Shown: positions 56,502 through 64,000 of the stretch, piece after piece | Position numbering within the stretch: position 1 is the first letter of the stretch | Layout: the number at the start of each line of letters is the position of its first letter | NCBI GenBank assembly: GCA_003599755.1 | Contig: QZJO01000013.1 | Location: 27,729-91,728 of the forward strand | Direction: 5' to 3' | Length of the DNA stretch: 64,000 nucleotides | Source: Candidatus Parcubacteria bacterium | GTDB lineage: Bacteria > Patescibacteriota > Minisyncoccia > Sungbacterales > SURF-37 | The notes under the pieces: generated by a model | Seen by the model: only the letters and a program-made list of their open reading frames with translations | Told to the model about the DNA's origin: nothing | Database searches by the model: none | Made by a program: the position numbers and the translations under genes

Positions 56502-57196
56502 CCCATCGCGTGCATCCTTTTGTATTCCGCCTTGGTGAGACCACGACCTGGAAGTCGCGCTGGTTCAACTTGAAAAAGTTCCCCGCGCTTTTGCGCGAGG
56601 ATACGCTGTTGCGCGAATGGCTCTGGAAGCGCTTGGCGGGCATGCGCGTCTCGTCCATTGAGATCGAGCGTTCGCCGAACACCGTCACCATCATCATCAA
56701 GACCGCGCGGCCCGGTATTCTTATCGGCCGCGGCGGCGAGGGGATCGAGCGGCTGCGCCGTGATATCGAGCGCGAACTCCGGCGCATCGCGCGGCGGTTC
56801 AAGGTGCGCCCCGCGGCCGAGAAGCGCGAATTGAAACTGACGATTGAAGAGGTGCGCTCGCCCGAAATCGACGCGCGCATCGTGGGCGAGGAAATTAAGG
56901 AAGACATCGAAAAGCGCGTCCGCTTCCGCCGCATTTTGAAACAGGCGGTCGAGCGCGTGATGAGCCACCGCGAGGTCCAGGGCGTCAAAATCATGCTGTC
57001 CGGCCGATTGGATGGCGCCGAGATGTCGCGCACCGAATGGGCTAAGCGCGGCCGCATCCCACTCCAGACGCTTCGCGCGAACGTCGACTACGCCCTCGTG
57101 GAGGCGTTGACGACGTATGGCACAATCGGTATCAAGGTATGGATCTATAAGGGCGATGTCTTCGAAAAAGCCGAACAAAAGGAGGAAAAATCCTAG
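56498..57196 (+). CDS. rpsC: 30S ribosomal protein S3
   Basis: [31 protein letters not shown]. Confidence 0.98.
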   Translation: MTHRVHPFVFRLGETTTWKSRWFNLKKFPALLREDTLLREWLWKRLAGMRVSSIEIERSPNTVTIIIKTARPGILIGRGGEGIERLRRDIERELRRIARRFKVRPAAEKRELKLTIEEVRSPEIDARIVGEEIKEDIEKRVRFRRILKQAVERVMSHREVQGVKIMLSGRLDGAEMSRTEWAKRGRIPLQTLRANVDYALVEALTTYGTIGIKVWIYKGDVFEKAEQKEEKS

Positions 57197-57204
57197 CGCT
57201 TCCT

Positions 57205-57621
57205 ATGTTGCAGCCCAAAAAGGTCAAACACCGAAAATGGTTCAAAGGACGCTCCCGCGGCATCGAACGCCGGGGCGTGGATTTGGCGTTCGGTACCTAC
57301 GGCCTGAAGGCGGAGGAAGCGCGTTGGATTACCGCGCGGCAAATCGAAGCCGCGCGCCGCGCGATCACGCACCATATCCAGCGGGGCGGAAAATTGTGGA
57401 TCCGGGTATTTCCGGACAAGCCCGTAACCAAGAAGCCGCCCGAAGTTACCCTCGGCGGGGGCAAAGGAGCGGTCGATCATTACGTCGTCGCGGTGCGGCC
57501 GGGACGAGTTCTGTTCGAGATGGACGGGGTATCGGCCGAGGTTGCGAAAGAGGCGTTGCGCCGCGCGTCGGCGAAGCTGCCCATTCGAACGTCGATTATT
57601 GCTGAACACGCCGGCATATGA
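57205..57621 (+). CDS. rplP: 50S ribosomal protein L16
   Basis: [26 protein letters not shown]. Confidence 0.98.
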   Translation: MLQPKKVKHRKWFKGRSRGIERRGVDLAFGTYGLKAEEARWITARQIEAARRAITHHIQRGGKLWIRVFPDKPVTKKPPEVTLGGGKGAVDHYVVAVRPGRVLFEMDGVSAEVAKEALRRASAKLPIRTSIIAEHAGI

Positions 57622-57809
57622 AACCCGTTGAATTGCGCAAAAAATCGGCAGGCGAATTGGCGGACCTTTTGCGGGAACGCCAGGTTCGCCGCGAGGAGCT
57701 CGTACTGCTTCTGGGTCAGCATAAAGCCAAGAATGTCAAGGAACTGGCGACCGTGCGCCGTGACATCGCGCGCATCAAAACCATCCTTGCTCAACAGCCA
57801 CGATCATGA
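57618..57809 (+). CDS. rpmC: 50S ribosomal protein L29
   Basis: [17 protein letters not shown]; operon position. Confidence 0.94.
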   Translation: MKPVELRKKSAGELADLLRERQVRREELVLLLGQHKAKNVKELATVRRDIARIKTILAQQPRS

Positions 57810-57810
57810 G

Positions 57811-57924
57811 CCCCATCAGAGACCGCGGTCGCGGTATACAAATCATGCAGATAATGGCAGCATCGATTACCAGTAATATTCAACGGGCAGGGAGCGGTAC
57901 GACCGCGACCTGTCTCTAACGGGA
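57811..57924 (+). mobile_element. 114-bp start-codon element, family A, copy 2 (rpsQ)
   Basis: A-TGAG[CCCCATCAGAGAC...GTCTCTAACGGGA]TGAG; 85/114 ungapped identity to copy 1 by hand count. Confidence 0.85.
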
Positions 57925-58217
57925 TGAGAACGCTCCAGGGCACAATCGTATCCAATCGCATGACCAAGACCGTGGTCGTTCGGGTCGATCGTTTGAAGCA
58001 GCACGCGAAGTACCGCACGCATTACCGGTCGAGTCAGAAATTCAAAGCCGACGTCCCCGACGCCGCGGCGTTCGCGATCGGCGATATCGTCCGTATCGTC
58101 GAGACCCGGCCCCTGTCCAAGGACAAGCGCTGGCGCGTCGTTGATGTGGTGCGCAAAGCCACGGCGCCTCTTACCGATGAATCGTCGGCCGAGGCGGCAA
58201 CCCCCGAACACGTATGA
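57924..58217 (+). CDS. rpsQ: 30S ribosomal protein S17
   Basis: [31 protein letters not shown]. Confidence 0.97.
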   Translation: MRTLQGTIVSNRMTKTVVVRVDRLKQHAKYRTHYRSSQKFKADVPDAAAFAIGDIVRIVETRPLSKDKRWRVVDVVRKATAPLTDESSAEAATPEHV

Positions 58218-58579
58218 TCCAGACCCGCAGCATGCTCAAAGTGGCCGATAATTCCGGAGCCAAATTGCTCCAGGTAATTCACGTACTCGGCGGTACGCGC
58301 CGCCGGTATGCCGAGCTCGGCGACATTATCGTCGCGGCGGTCAAAGCAGCCGAGCCGCGCAAGCCGGTAAAGAAAAAAGACGTTGTGCGCGCGGTGATCG
58401 TGCGCCAGAAAAAGACGTTTCGCCGGAGCGACGGCACGTACGTGCGGTTCGACGACAACGCCGCGGTGGTGCTCGACGGCACGGAACCCAAAGGCGGCCG
58501 CATCTTCGGCCCGGTCGCGCGAGAATTGCGCGAGCGCGGTTTTACCAAAATCGTTTCCTTGGCGCCCGAAGTCATCTAG
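58214..58579 (+). CDS. rplN: 50S ribosomal protein L14
   Basis: [24 protein letters not shown]. Confidence 0.98.
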   Translation: MIQTRSMLKVADNSGAKLLQVIHVLGGTRRRYAELGDIIVAAVKAAEPRKPVKKKDVVRAVIVRQKKTFRRSDGTYVRFDDNAAVVLDGTEPKGGRIFGPVARELRERGFTKIVSLAPEVI

Positions 58580-58583
58580 TCCT

Positions 58584-58904
58584 ATGCCTACGCGACTAAA
58601 AATTAAAACCGGCGATACCGTCCAACTTCTGTCCGGCAAGGAACGGGGCAAGCGCGGCAAGGTAATCGGGGCGTTTCCCCGAACCGGTTTGGTCGTGGTC
58701 GAGGGCTTGAATTTGAAAAAGCGGCATCGCCGAAGCCGCCGACAGGACAAGAAAGGCGAGATCGTGCTGATTCCCGGCCCGGTGCAGAGCTCCGCGGTGG
58801 CGGTCGTCTGCCCGAAATGTTCGAAGCCCGCGCGCATCGGATATCAGTTAGCGGAAGGCGGCCGGAAACTCCGCGTCTGCAACCAGTGCCGCGCAGCGTT
58901 CTAA
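58584..58904 (+). CDS. rplX: 50S ribosomal protein L24
   Basis: KIKTGDTV..LSGKERGKRG, VEGLN. Confidence 0.96.
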   Translation: MPTRLKIKTGDTVQLLSGKERGKRGKVIGAFPRTGLVVVEGLNLKKRHRRSRRQDKKGEIVLIPGPVQSSAVAVVCPKCSKPARIGYQLAEGGRKLRVCNQCRAAF

Positions 58905-58912
58905 CCCATTCT

Positions 58913-59449
58913 ATGAATCTGACCCGTGAACGATACGCCAAAGACGTCGTGCCCGCCCTGCGGGAGGCATTTGGCTATAAAAATCAGATGGCCGTACCGC
59001 GGGTTCTGAAAGTCGTGGTCAATGCCGGCGTGGGTCGCATCCGCGAAGAAAAGCAGCACGAGCAGGTGAAAAAAGCTCTCGGGCTTATCACCGGCCAGAA
59101 GCCGGCAGCACGCCCGGCGAAAAAAGCTATTGCGTCCTTCAAAACGCGCCAGGGGCTCGTGGTGGGCTATCAAGTAACGCTGCGGGGCAGACGCATGTGG
59201 GACTTTTTGTCGCGCCTCGTGGACGTCGCCATTCCGCGCCAGCGCGACTTCCGCGGCTTGGATCCCAAGGGCGTGGACGAACACGGCAATTTGACAATCG
59301 GATTTCGCGAGCATATCGTGTTCCCCGAACTGATCGGTGAGGATATTCCATTCCTCTTCGGTCTGGAAGTAACCGTCGTAACGTCGGCCGAGACGCGTGC
59401 TGAGGGTTTGGCGTTGCTCACGCGGCTCGGTTTTCCGTTTCATTCCTAA
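58913..59449 (+). CDS. rplE: 50S ribosomal protein L5
   Basis: [28 protein letters not shown]. Confidence 0.97.
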   Translation: MNLTRERYAKDVVPALREAFGYKNQMAVPRVLKVVVNAGVGRIREEKQHEQVKKALGLITGQKPAARPAKKAIASFKTRQGLVVGYQVTLRGRRMWDFLSRLVDVAIPRQRDFRGLDPKGVDEHGNLTIGFREHIVFPELIGEDIPFLFGLEVTVVTSAETRAEGLALLTRLGFPFHS

Positions 59450-59454
59450 ACTCA

Positions 59455-59640
59455 ATGGCAAAGCAATCCGTCATCGCCCGTTCGTTGAAGCGCCCGAAGT
59501 TTTCTTCGCGGATCGTTCGCCGTTGCTTCCGTTGCGGCCGGCGGCGCGGGTATATGAGCGATTTCGATCTTTGCCGGATTTGCTTCCGGGAACTCGCGAA
59601 CCGCGGCGAGATTCCCGGCATTCGAAAATCGAGCTGGTAA
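59455..59640 (+). CDS. rpsN: 30S ribosomal protein S14 (zinc-binding type Z)
   Basis: RCFRCGR...LCRICFRE...PGIRKSSW. Confidence 0.97.
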   Translation: MAKQSVIARSLKRPKFSSRIVRRCFRCGRRRGYMSDFDLCRICFRELANRGEIPGIRKSSW

Positions 59641-59652
59641 ACCCCATACACT

Positions 59653-60039
59653 ATGGATGCCCTGTCGGACTTCTTCATACGTATCAAGAACGGCTATCGC
59701 GCGAAGCGTGCGACGGTCATTGTTCCGCATTCCAAATTGAAGGCGGAGGTTGCGCGCGTGCTGCAATCGCGGGGCTACATCGGCGAGATCGAAAAGAAGG
59801 GCCGGAAAGTTCGTAAGTTTTTGGAACTCGAATTGCGCTATCCCAACGGCGAACCCGCTCTGGAATCGGTCAAGTTGATCTCCAAGCCGTCGCGTAAGCT
59901 CTACATGAAAAAGGGTGAAATCCGTCCGATCCGCCAAGGATTCGGCCTGCTCGTCATCTCGACGTCGCGCGGCATCATGAGCGGCGAGGAAGCTCGGAAG
60001 GCGGGGCTCGGCGGTATGGCGATTGCGGAAATTTGGTAA
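59653..60039 (+). CDS. rpsH: 30S ribosomal protein S8
   Basis: RIKN, ISKPSRKLY, ISTSRGIM. Confidence 0.97.
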   Translation: MDALSDFFIRIKNGYRAKRATVIVPHSKLKAEVARVLQSRGYIGEIEKKGRKVRKFLELELRYPNGEPALESVKLISKPSRKLYMKKGEIRPIRQGFGLLVISTSRGIMSGEEARKAGLGGMAIAEIW

Positions 60040-60053
60040 TACATCTTCATGAG

Positions 60054-60167
60054 TCCCGTTAGAAACCGCGATCGCGCATCAACCATACGACATATGCCCA
60101 TGAAAGAAACGCATAATTTCAGTAACTATCAGAAAGCGATTCAGATCGCGATCTGTTTCTAACGGGA
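60054..60167 (+). mobile_element. 114-bp start-codon element, family A, copy 3 (rplF)
   Basis: A-TGAG[TCCCGTTAGAAAC...GTTTCTAACGGGA]TGAG; same length, different interior. Confidence 0.85.
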
Positions 60168-60712
60168 TGAGTCGCATCGGCAAACAACCCATCGAACTTC
60201 CCAGCGGCGTGAGCGCCCGCTTTACCGATGGCGCCCTCACGGTCACCGGTCCGAAAGGGACGCTTGCCCGGACGATTCGCCCGGAGGTGACGATCACGAT
60301 CGAGGGCACCGTGCTTTCCGTGGCACCGGCCAAAGAGACGCGCGACACGCCCGCATATTGGGGTCTCACGCGGGCGCTCATCGCGAACATGGTGGAAGGC
60401 GTAGCCAAAGGATTTACGAGAAAATTAGAGATTGAAGGCGTCGGCTATCGCGCGACACTGGACGGCCAGACGCTCGTGCTCGCCATCGGATTTTCCCACC
60501 CCGTACGTATCCCGCCGCCCGAGGGCATAACCTTCGCGGTGGAAAAAAACGCAGTGACGGTTTCAGGCGCGGACAAGGAATTGGTCGGCGACACGGCCGC
60601 GACGATCCGCCGCATTCGGCCGCCGGAACCTTATAAAGGAAAAGGTATCCGCTATGCCGGCGAAATCATCCGGCGCAAGGCCGGCAAGAAGGCCGCCGCC
60701 GCGGGCGCATAA
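60167..60712 (+). CDS. rplF: 50S ribosomal protein L6
   Basis: MSRIGKQPI, GVGYRA, PEPYKGKGIRY. Confidence 0.98.
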   Translation: MSRIGKQPIELPSGVSARFTDGALTVTGPKGTLARTIRPEVTITIEGTVLSVAPAKETRDTPAYWGLTRALIANMVEGVAKGFTRKLEIEGVGYRATLDGQTLVLAIGFSHPVRIPPPEGITFAVEKNAVTVSGADKELVGDTAATIRRIRPPEPYKGKGIRYAGEIIRRKAGKKAAAAGA

Positions 60713-60720
60713 TCACTCAT

Positions 60721-61101
60721 ATGAGACGAACCACCCAACATCGTATTCGCCAAGAACGCCGATCCCGTCGGGTACGCCAAGCCGTACGCGGCGATGCCGC
60801 GCATCCGCGGCTTTCGGTGTTCCGTTCGAATCGCCATATCGCCGCGCAGCTGATCGATGACGTTTCGGGGCGGACGCTCGTGGCCGCATCAGACATGGAA
60901 TTTACGAGCGCGAAGACAAAATCAAAAGATGCCAAGGCTGCGGGGCGTCGCGAACGCGCGCAATGGGTTGGTGTCGAGATCGCCAAGCGCGCCGGCACCA
61001 AAGGCATCAAAGCCGCGCGGTTCGACCGCGGCCGCTATCGCTACCACGGCCTCGTCGCCGCGGTGGCCGAAGGCGCGCGCGCCGGCGGATTGCACGTATA
61101 A
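60721..61101 (+). CDS. rplR: 50S ribosomal protein L18
   Basis: PRLSVFRSN.HI.AQLIDD, FDRG.Y.YHG. Confidence 0.97.
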   Translation: MRRTTQHRIRQERRSRRVRQAVRGDAAHPRLSVFRSNRHIAAQLIDDVSGRTLVAASDMEFTSAKTKSKDAKAAGRRERAQWVGVEIAKRAGTKGIKAARFDRGRYRYHGLVAAVAEGARAGGLHV

Positions 61102-61116
61102 TCATTGCCACCTGAT

Positions 61117-61662
61117 ATGCCACGCGAACGACGCGGAGAACGAAGAGGCATGGAGCGGTCGGAATTCGACCGTAAAGTGTTGGACGTGCGTCGCGTAGCG
61201 CGCGTGGTTTCGGGCGGCCGGCGGTTCAGCTTCCGCGTCACTATCGTGATCGGCAACCGGCGCGGCAAAGTCGGCGTCGGCGTAGCCAAAGGGCAAGACG
61301 TGGCGATGGCAACGGAAAAGGCAAGCGCGCGGGCGAGAAAAAATCTCATCGCCGTACCGATTACCGCGCACGGTTCGATTCCGCATGAGGTACGCGCCAA
61401 GTATGCCGCCGCATCGGTTATCCTGCGGCCGCGGCCGGCCGGATCCGGCATTATCGCTGGCGGTTCGGTACGCGCAGTCGCCGAATTGGCCGGTATTGCG
61501 AATTTGTCGTCGAAAATCGTATCGCGCACGCCCAATAAACTTACCAATGCCATGGCGACGCTCGAGGCGTTGAGCCGGCTTTCGGCCGAACGCCGTGTCG
61601 TGCCCGCCCGCCCGGTTACGCCCATAGCGGAACGTGAAAGCGCCGAAGCGCCGGCTTCTTAA
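61117..61662 (+). CDS. rpsE: 30S ribosomal protein S5
   Basis: RVARVVSGGRRFSF, GSGIIAGG.VRAV.ELAG. Confidence 0.97.
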   Translation: MPRERRGERRGMERSEFDRKVLDVRRVARVVSGGRRFSFRVTIVIGNRRGKVGVGVAKGQDVAMATEKASARARKNLIAVPITAHGSIPHEVRAKYAAASVILRPRPAGSGIIAGGSVRAVAELAGIANLSSKIVSRTPNKLTNAMATLEALSRLSAERRVVPARPVTPIAERESAEAPAS

Positions 61663-61673
61663 AGCATTCATTC

Positions 61674-62111
61674 ATGCAACTCAACACACTCCAACCCCGA
61701 AACCGACCGTCCCGCGAAAAGCGCGTAGGCCGCGGCGGAAAGCGCGGGACTACGTCGGGTCGCGGCACCAAAGGCCAAAAGGCCCGGGCCGGCGCGAAAA
61801 TCCGCCCCGCGATGCGCGATATCGTCAAGAAACTCCCGAAACTTCGGGGGTATCGGTTCCATTCCTTTCGCGAAAAGCCCGTCGCGGTGACGCTCGAGCG
61901 CATCGTCGCGGCATTCCCGAGCGGGGCGACGGTCGATCCGGCGGCGTTGCTCGCGACAGGCATCATCCATAAGATAAAAGGGACGATACCGTTGGTGAAA
62001 GTCGTCGGCGACGCGAGCGTGAACAAACGCTTAACGGTAAAGGGCATGCGCGTATCGCGTCCTGCCGCGGCCCGGATCACGGCTGCCGGCGGCAGCGTGG
62101 TCGCGGGTTGA
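61674..62111 (+). CDS. rplO: 50S ribosomal protein L15
   Basis: RVGRGGKRGTTSGRGTKGQKAR, LPKLRG. Confidence 0.96.
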   Translation: MQLNTLQPRNRPSREKRVGRGGKRGTTSGRGTKGQKARAGAKIRPAMRDIVKKLPKLRGYRFHSFREKPVAVTLERIVAAFPSGATVDPAALLATGIIHKIKGTIPLVKVVGDASVNKRLTVKGMRVSRPAAARITAAGGSVVAG

Positions 62112-62127
62112 TCCGTTTCGGATTGCT

Positions 62128-63417
62128 ATGTTTCAGAAACTGCGCGCGGTACTCATGCTTCCGGATCTTCGCAAAAAGATCCTTTTTGTTCTGTTCATTT
62201 TGGTCATCTTCCGACTCGTGGCCGCGATTCCGGTTCCCGGATTCGACCGCGAGGCACTGGCGACGTTTTTGAGTACGAATCAATTCTTCGGCCTCTTGAA
62301 CGTATTTTCCGGAGGCGTGCTCGAAAATCTTTCGATCGCCATGCTCGGCGTCGGGCCCTATATCACCGCATCCATCGTCATGCAGCTCATGACCATGATT
62401 TTCCCCCGCATGAAGGAGATGTATCAGGAAGAGGGGGAAGCGGGCCGCCGGCGGTTCAACCAGTATGCGCGCCTTCTGACCGTGCCGTTCGCACTCCTGC
62501 AGGCCTATGGTCTCTTGATCGTGCTCATTCGCCAGGGCATTTTGCCGGAGCCTAATTTGGCCGGATTCGCCATCAGCATGATTACGGTCACCGCGGGCAC
62601 GGTATTCTTGATGTGGCTCGGCGAACTCATCTCGGAACAGAATATCGGCAACGGCATCTCGCTTTTGATCTTCGCGGGCATCGTCTCGCGATTGCCGGTG
62701 GATTTCCAGAACATGCTTGTAGAGATCGGTGTTTTACCGTCGTTCAACATCGACACCGCGCGCATCCCGTATTATCTCGCGTTCCTCGCGATCAGCATCC
62801 TCGTGATCGCGGGCGTAATCATCATCACCGAGGGCCAGCGCAAAATCCCGGTATCGTACGCTAAGCGCGTCCGGGGCAATCGCGTGTTCGGCGGCGTCGA
62901 GACGCATCTGCCGCTCCGGGTCAATCAAGCCGGCGTCATTCCGATTATTTTCGCCATCTCGATCATTCTCTTCCCGGGCCTTATCGGGAGTTTTCTTGCG
63001 ACCGTGCCGAATCCGACCGTGCAGGACATCGGCGCATTTCTTGTCAGCATTATCAATAACCAATGGCTCTACGCCAGCGGCTATTTCCTACTCGTGTTCC
63101 TCTTTACGTATTTTTACACTGCGGTGACGTTCGATCCCGAATCCATTGCCACAAACATCCAGAAGCAGGGCGGATTTATCCTGGGTATCCGGCCCGGCCG
63201 GCCCACGGCCGAGTATCTGGCGCGGATTCTTTCGCGCATTACGCTCTTTGGGGCGCTGTTTCTCGGCATCATCGCCATCTTGCCGATTCTCGTGCAGGCC
63301 GGGTTCCAGACTGCGGCCGTAACCATCGGCGGCACGTCGCTCTTGATCGTGGTATCCGTGGTCCTGGAAACGCTGAAGCAAATCGATGCGCAATTGGTAA
63401 TGCACGAGTACGAGTAA
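62128..63417 (+). CDS. secY: Preprotein translocase SecY
   Basis: LGVGPYITASI, WLGE.I...IGNG.SL, NQAGVIPIIFA, GIRPG, GGTSLLIVV. Confidence 0.98.
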   Translation: MFQKLRAVLMLPDLRKKILFVLFILVIFRLVAAIPVPGFDREALATFLSTNQFFGLLNVFSGGVLENLSIAMLGVGPYITASIVMQLMTMIFPRMKEMYQEEGEAGRRRFNQYARLLTVPFALLQAYGLLIVLIRQGILPEPNLAGFAISMITVTAGTVFLMWLGELISEQNIGNGISLLIFAGIVSRLPVDFQNMLVEIGVLPSFNIDTARIPYYLAFLAISILVIAGVIIITEGQRKIPVSYAKRVRGNRVFGGVETHLPLRVNQAGVIPIIFAISIILFPGLIGSFLATVPNPTVQDIGAFLVSIINNQWLYASGYFLLVFLFTYFYTAVTFDPESIATNIQKQGGFILGIRPGRPTAEYLARILSRITLFGALFLGIIAILPILVQAGFQTAAVTIGGTSLLIVVSVVLETLKQIDAQLVMHEYE

Positions 63418-63463
63418 GACAATGTTCCGAGTGGCGTTGCGGCGGCAACAGCGGGAGCTCTCC

Positions 63464-64000
63464 ATGAAAAAATCCCGAAAGGTCCGGGGCAAGACATTCA
63501 TCGTGCTCGGCATTTCCGGCTCGGGCAAAGATACCCAAGCACAGTTTTTACTGAAGGCCATTGGGGGCCATCGGTTAAGCACGGGCGACGGCCTGCGCGC
63601 GATGGCCAAAAAGAAGAATATGGTCGGTCGATACGTCGCGCGCGCCCTGAAGCGCGGGGGGCTCTTACCGGCGTGGGCGCCGATTTATCTCTGGCTTTTC
63701 GAATTCATCAACGATCTCGAAGGCGACGAATCAGTGATTTTCACGAGCGGCCCGCGGCGCGTCGAGGAAGCCCAGCTCTTGGATGTATTCTGCCATGACC
63801 TTGGTCGCGCCGCGCCCGTCGCGATCCATCTTGCACTGCCGATTCGGGTGGCGCGCGAGCGGCTGATGGCTCGGCGACGGGGCGACGACACGCCGCAGGC
63901 CATTGAAGGGCGCCTGCGCTTTTACGAAGAGCATGTGCGCGATGTTATCGCGTATTTCCGGCGCAAAGGACGGTTGATATCGATTAACGGCAACCAGTCG
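63464..64000 (+). CDS. adk: Adenylate kinase family protein (runs off the window edge)
   Basis: Read from sequence: FIVLGISGSGKDTQA, LSTGDGLR, GPRR..EA, RRGDD; directly after secY. Confidence 0.85.
   Translation, partial: MKKSRKVRGKTFIVLGISGSGKDTQAQFLLKAIGGHRLSTGDGLRAMAKKKNMVGRYVARALKRGGLLPAWAPIYLWLFEFINDLEGDESVIFTSGPRRVEEAQLLDVFCHDLGRAAPVAIHLALPIRVARERLMARRRGDDTPQAIEGRLRFYEEHVRDVIAYFRRKGRLISINGNQS

Overview
High-GC bacterial chromosome segment of mostly housekeeping genes, most consistent with a Patescibacteria/CPR (Parcubacteria-like) genome. This is an inference from rpmD/L30 missing between rpsE and rplO, a shortened Mfd, a Nudix-carrying LeuRS, and many apparently leaderless genes lacking a Shine-Dalgarno (SD). 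It holds four aminoacyl-tRNA synthetases, glyA-folD, glmS, parA/parB, topA-dprA, divergent pyrF/pyrE, mfd-pth, ftsA-ftsZ, class II RNR plus cobalamin adenosyltransferase, a split comEC, two intact tRNAs, and the str-S10-spc cluster through secY/adk. The most unusual signal is non-coding: short (about 105-130 bp) elements with CCCG...CGGG-type inverted termini sit inside essential signals while apparently preserving function. (A) Three 114-bp copies sit in the start codons of hit, rpsQ and rplF, each with a site-specific 4-bp duplication, a regenerated ATG, compensatory stem changes and a short reading frame ending 4 nt before the gene. (B) Two copies of a second family sit at the dprA -10 box and the pth start codon. 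(C) A third palindrome family encloses a complete tRNA-Pro nested inside a split second tRNA-Pro, and a related arm lies between an intact tRNA-Leu and a tRNA-Leu remnant. No transposase, integrase or CRISPR array is seen. All calls are by eye; no searches were run.
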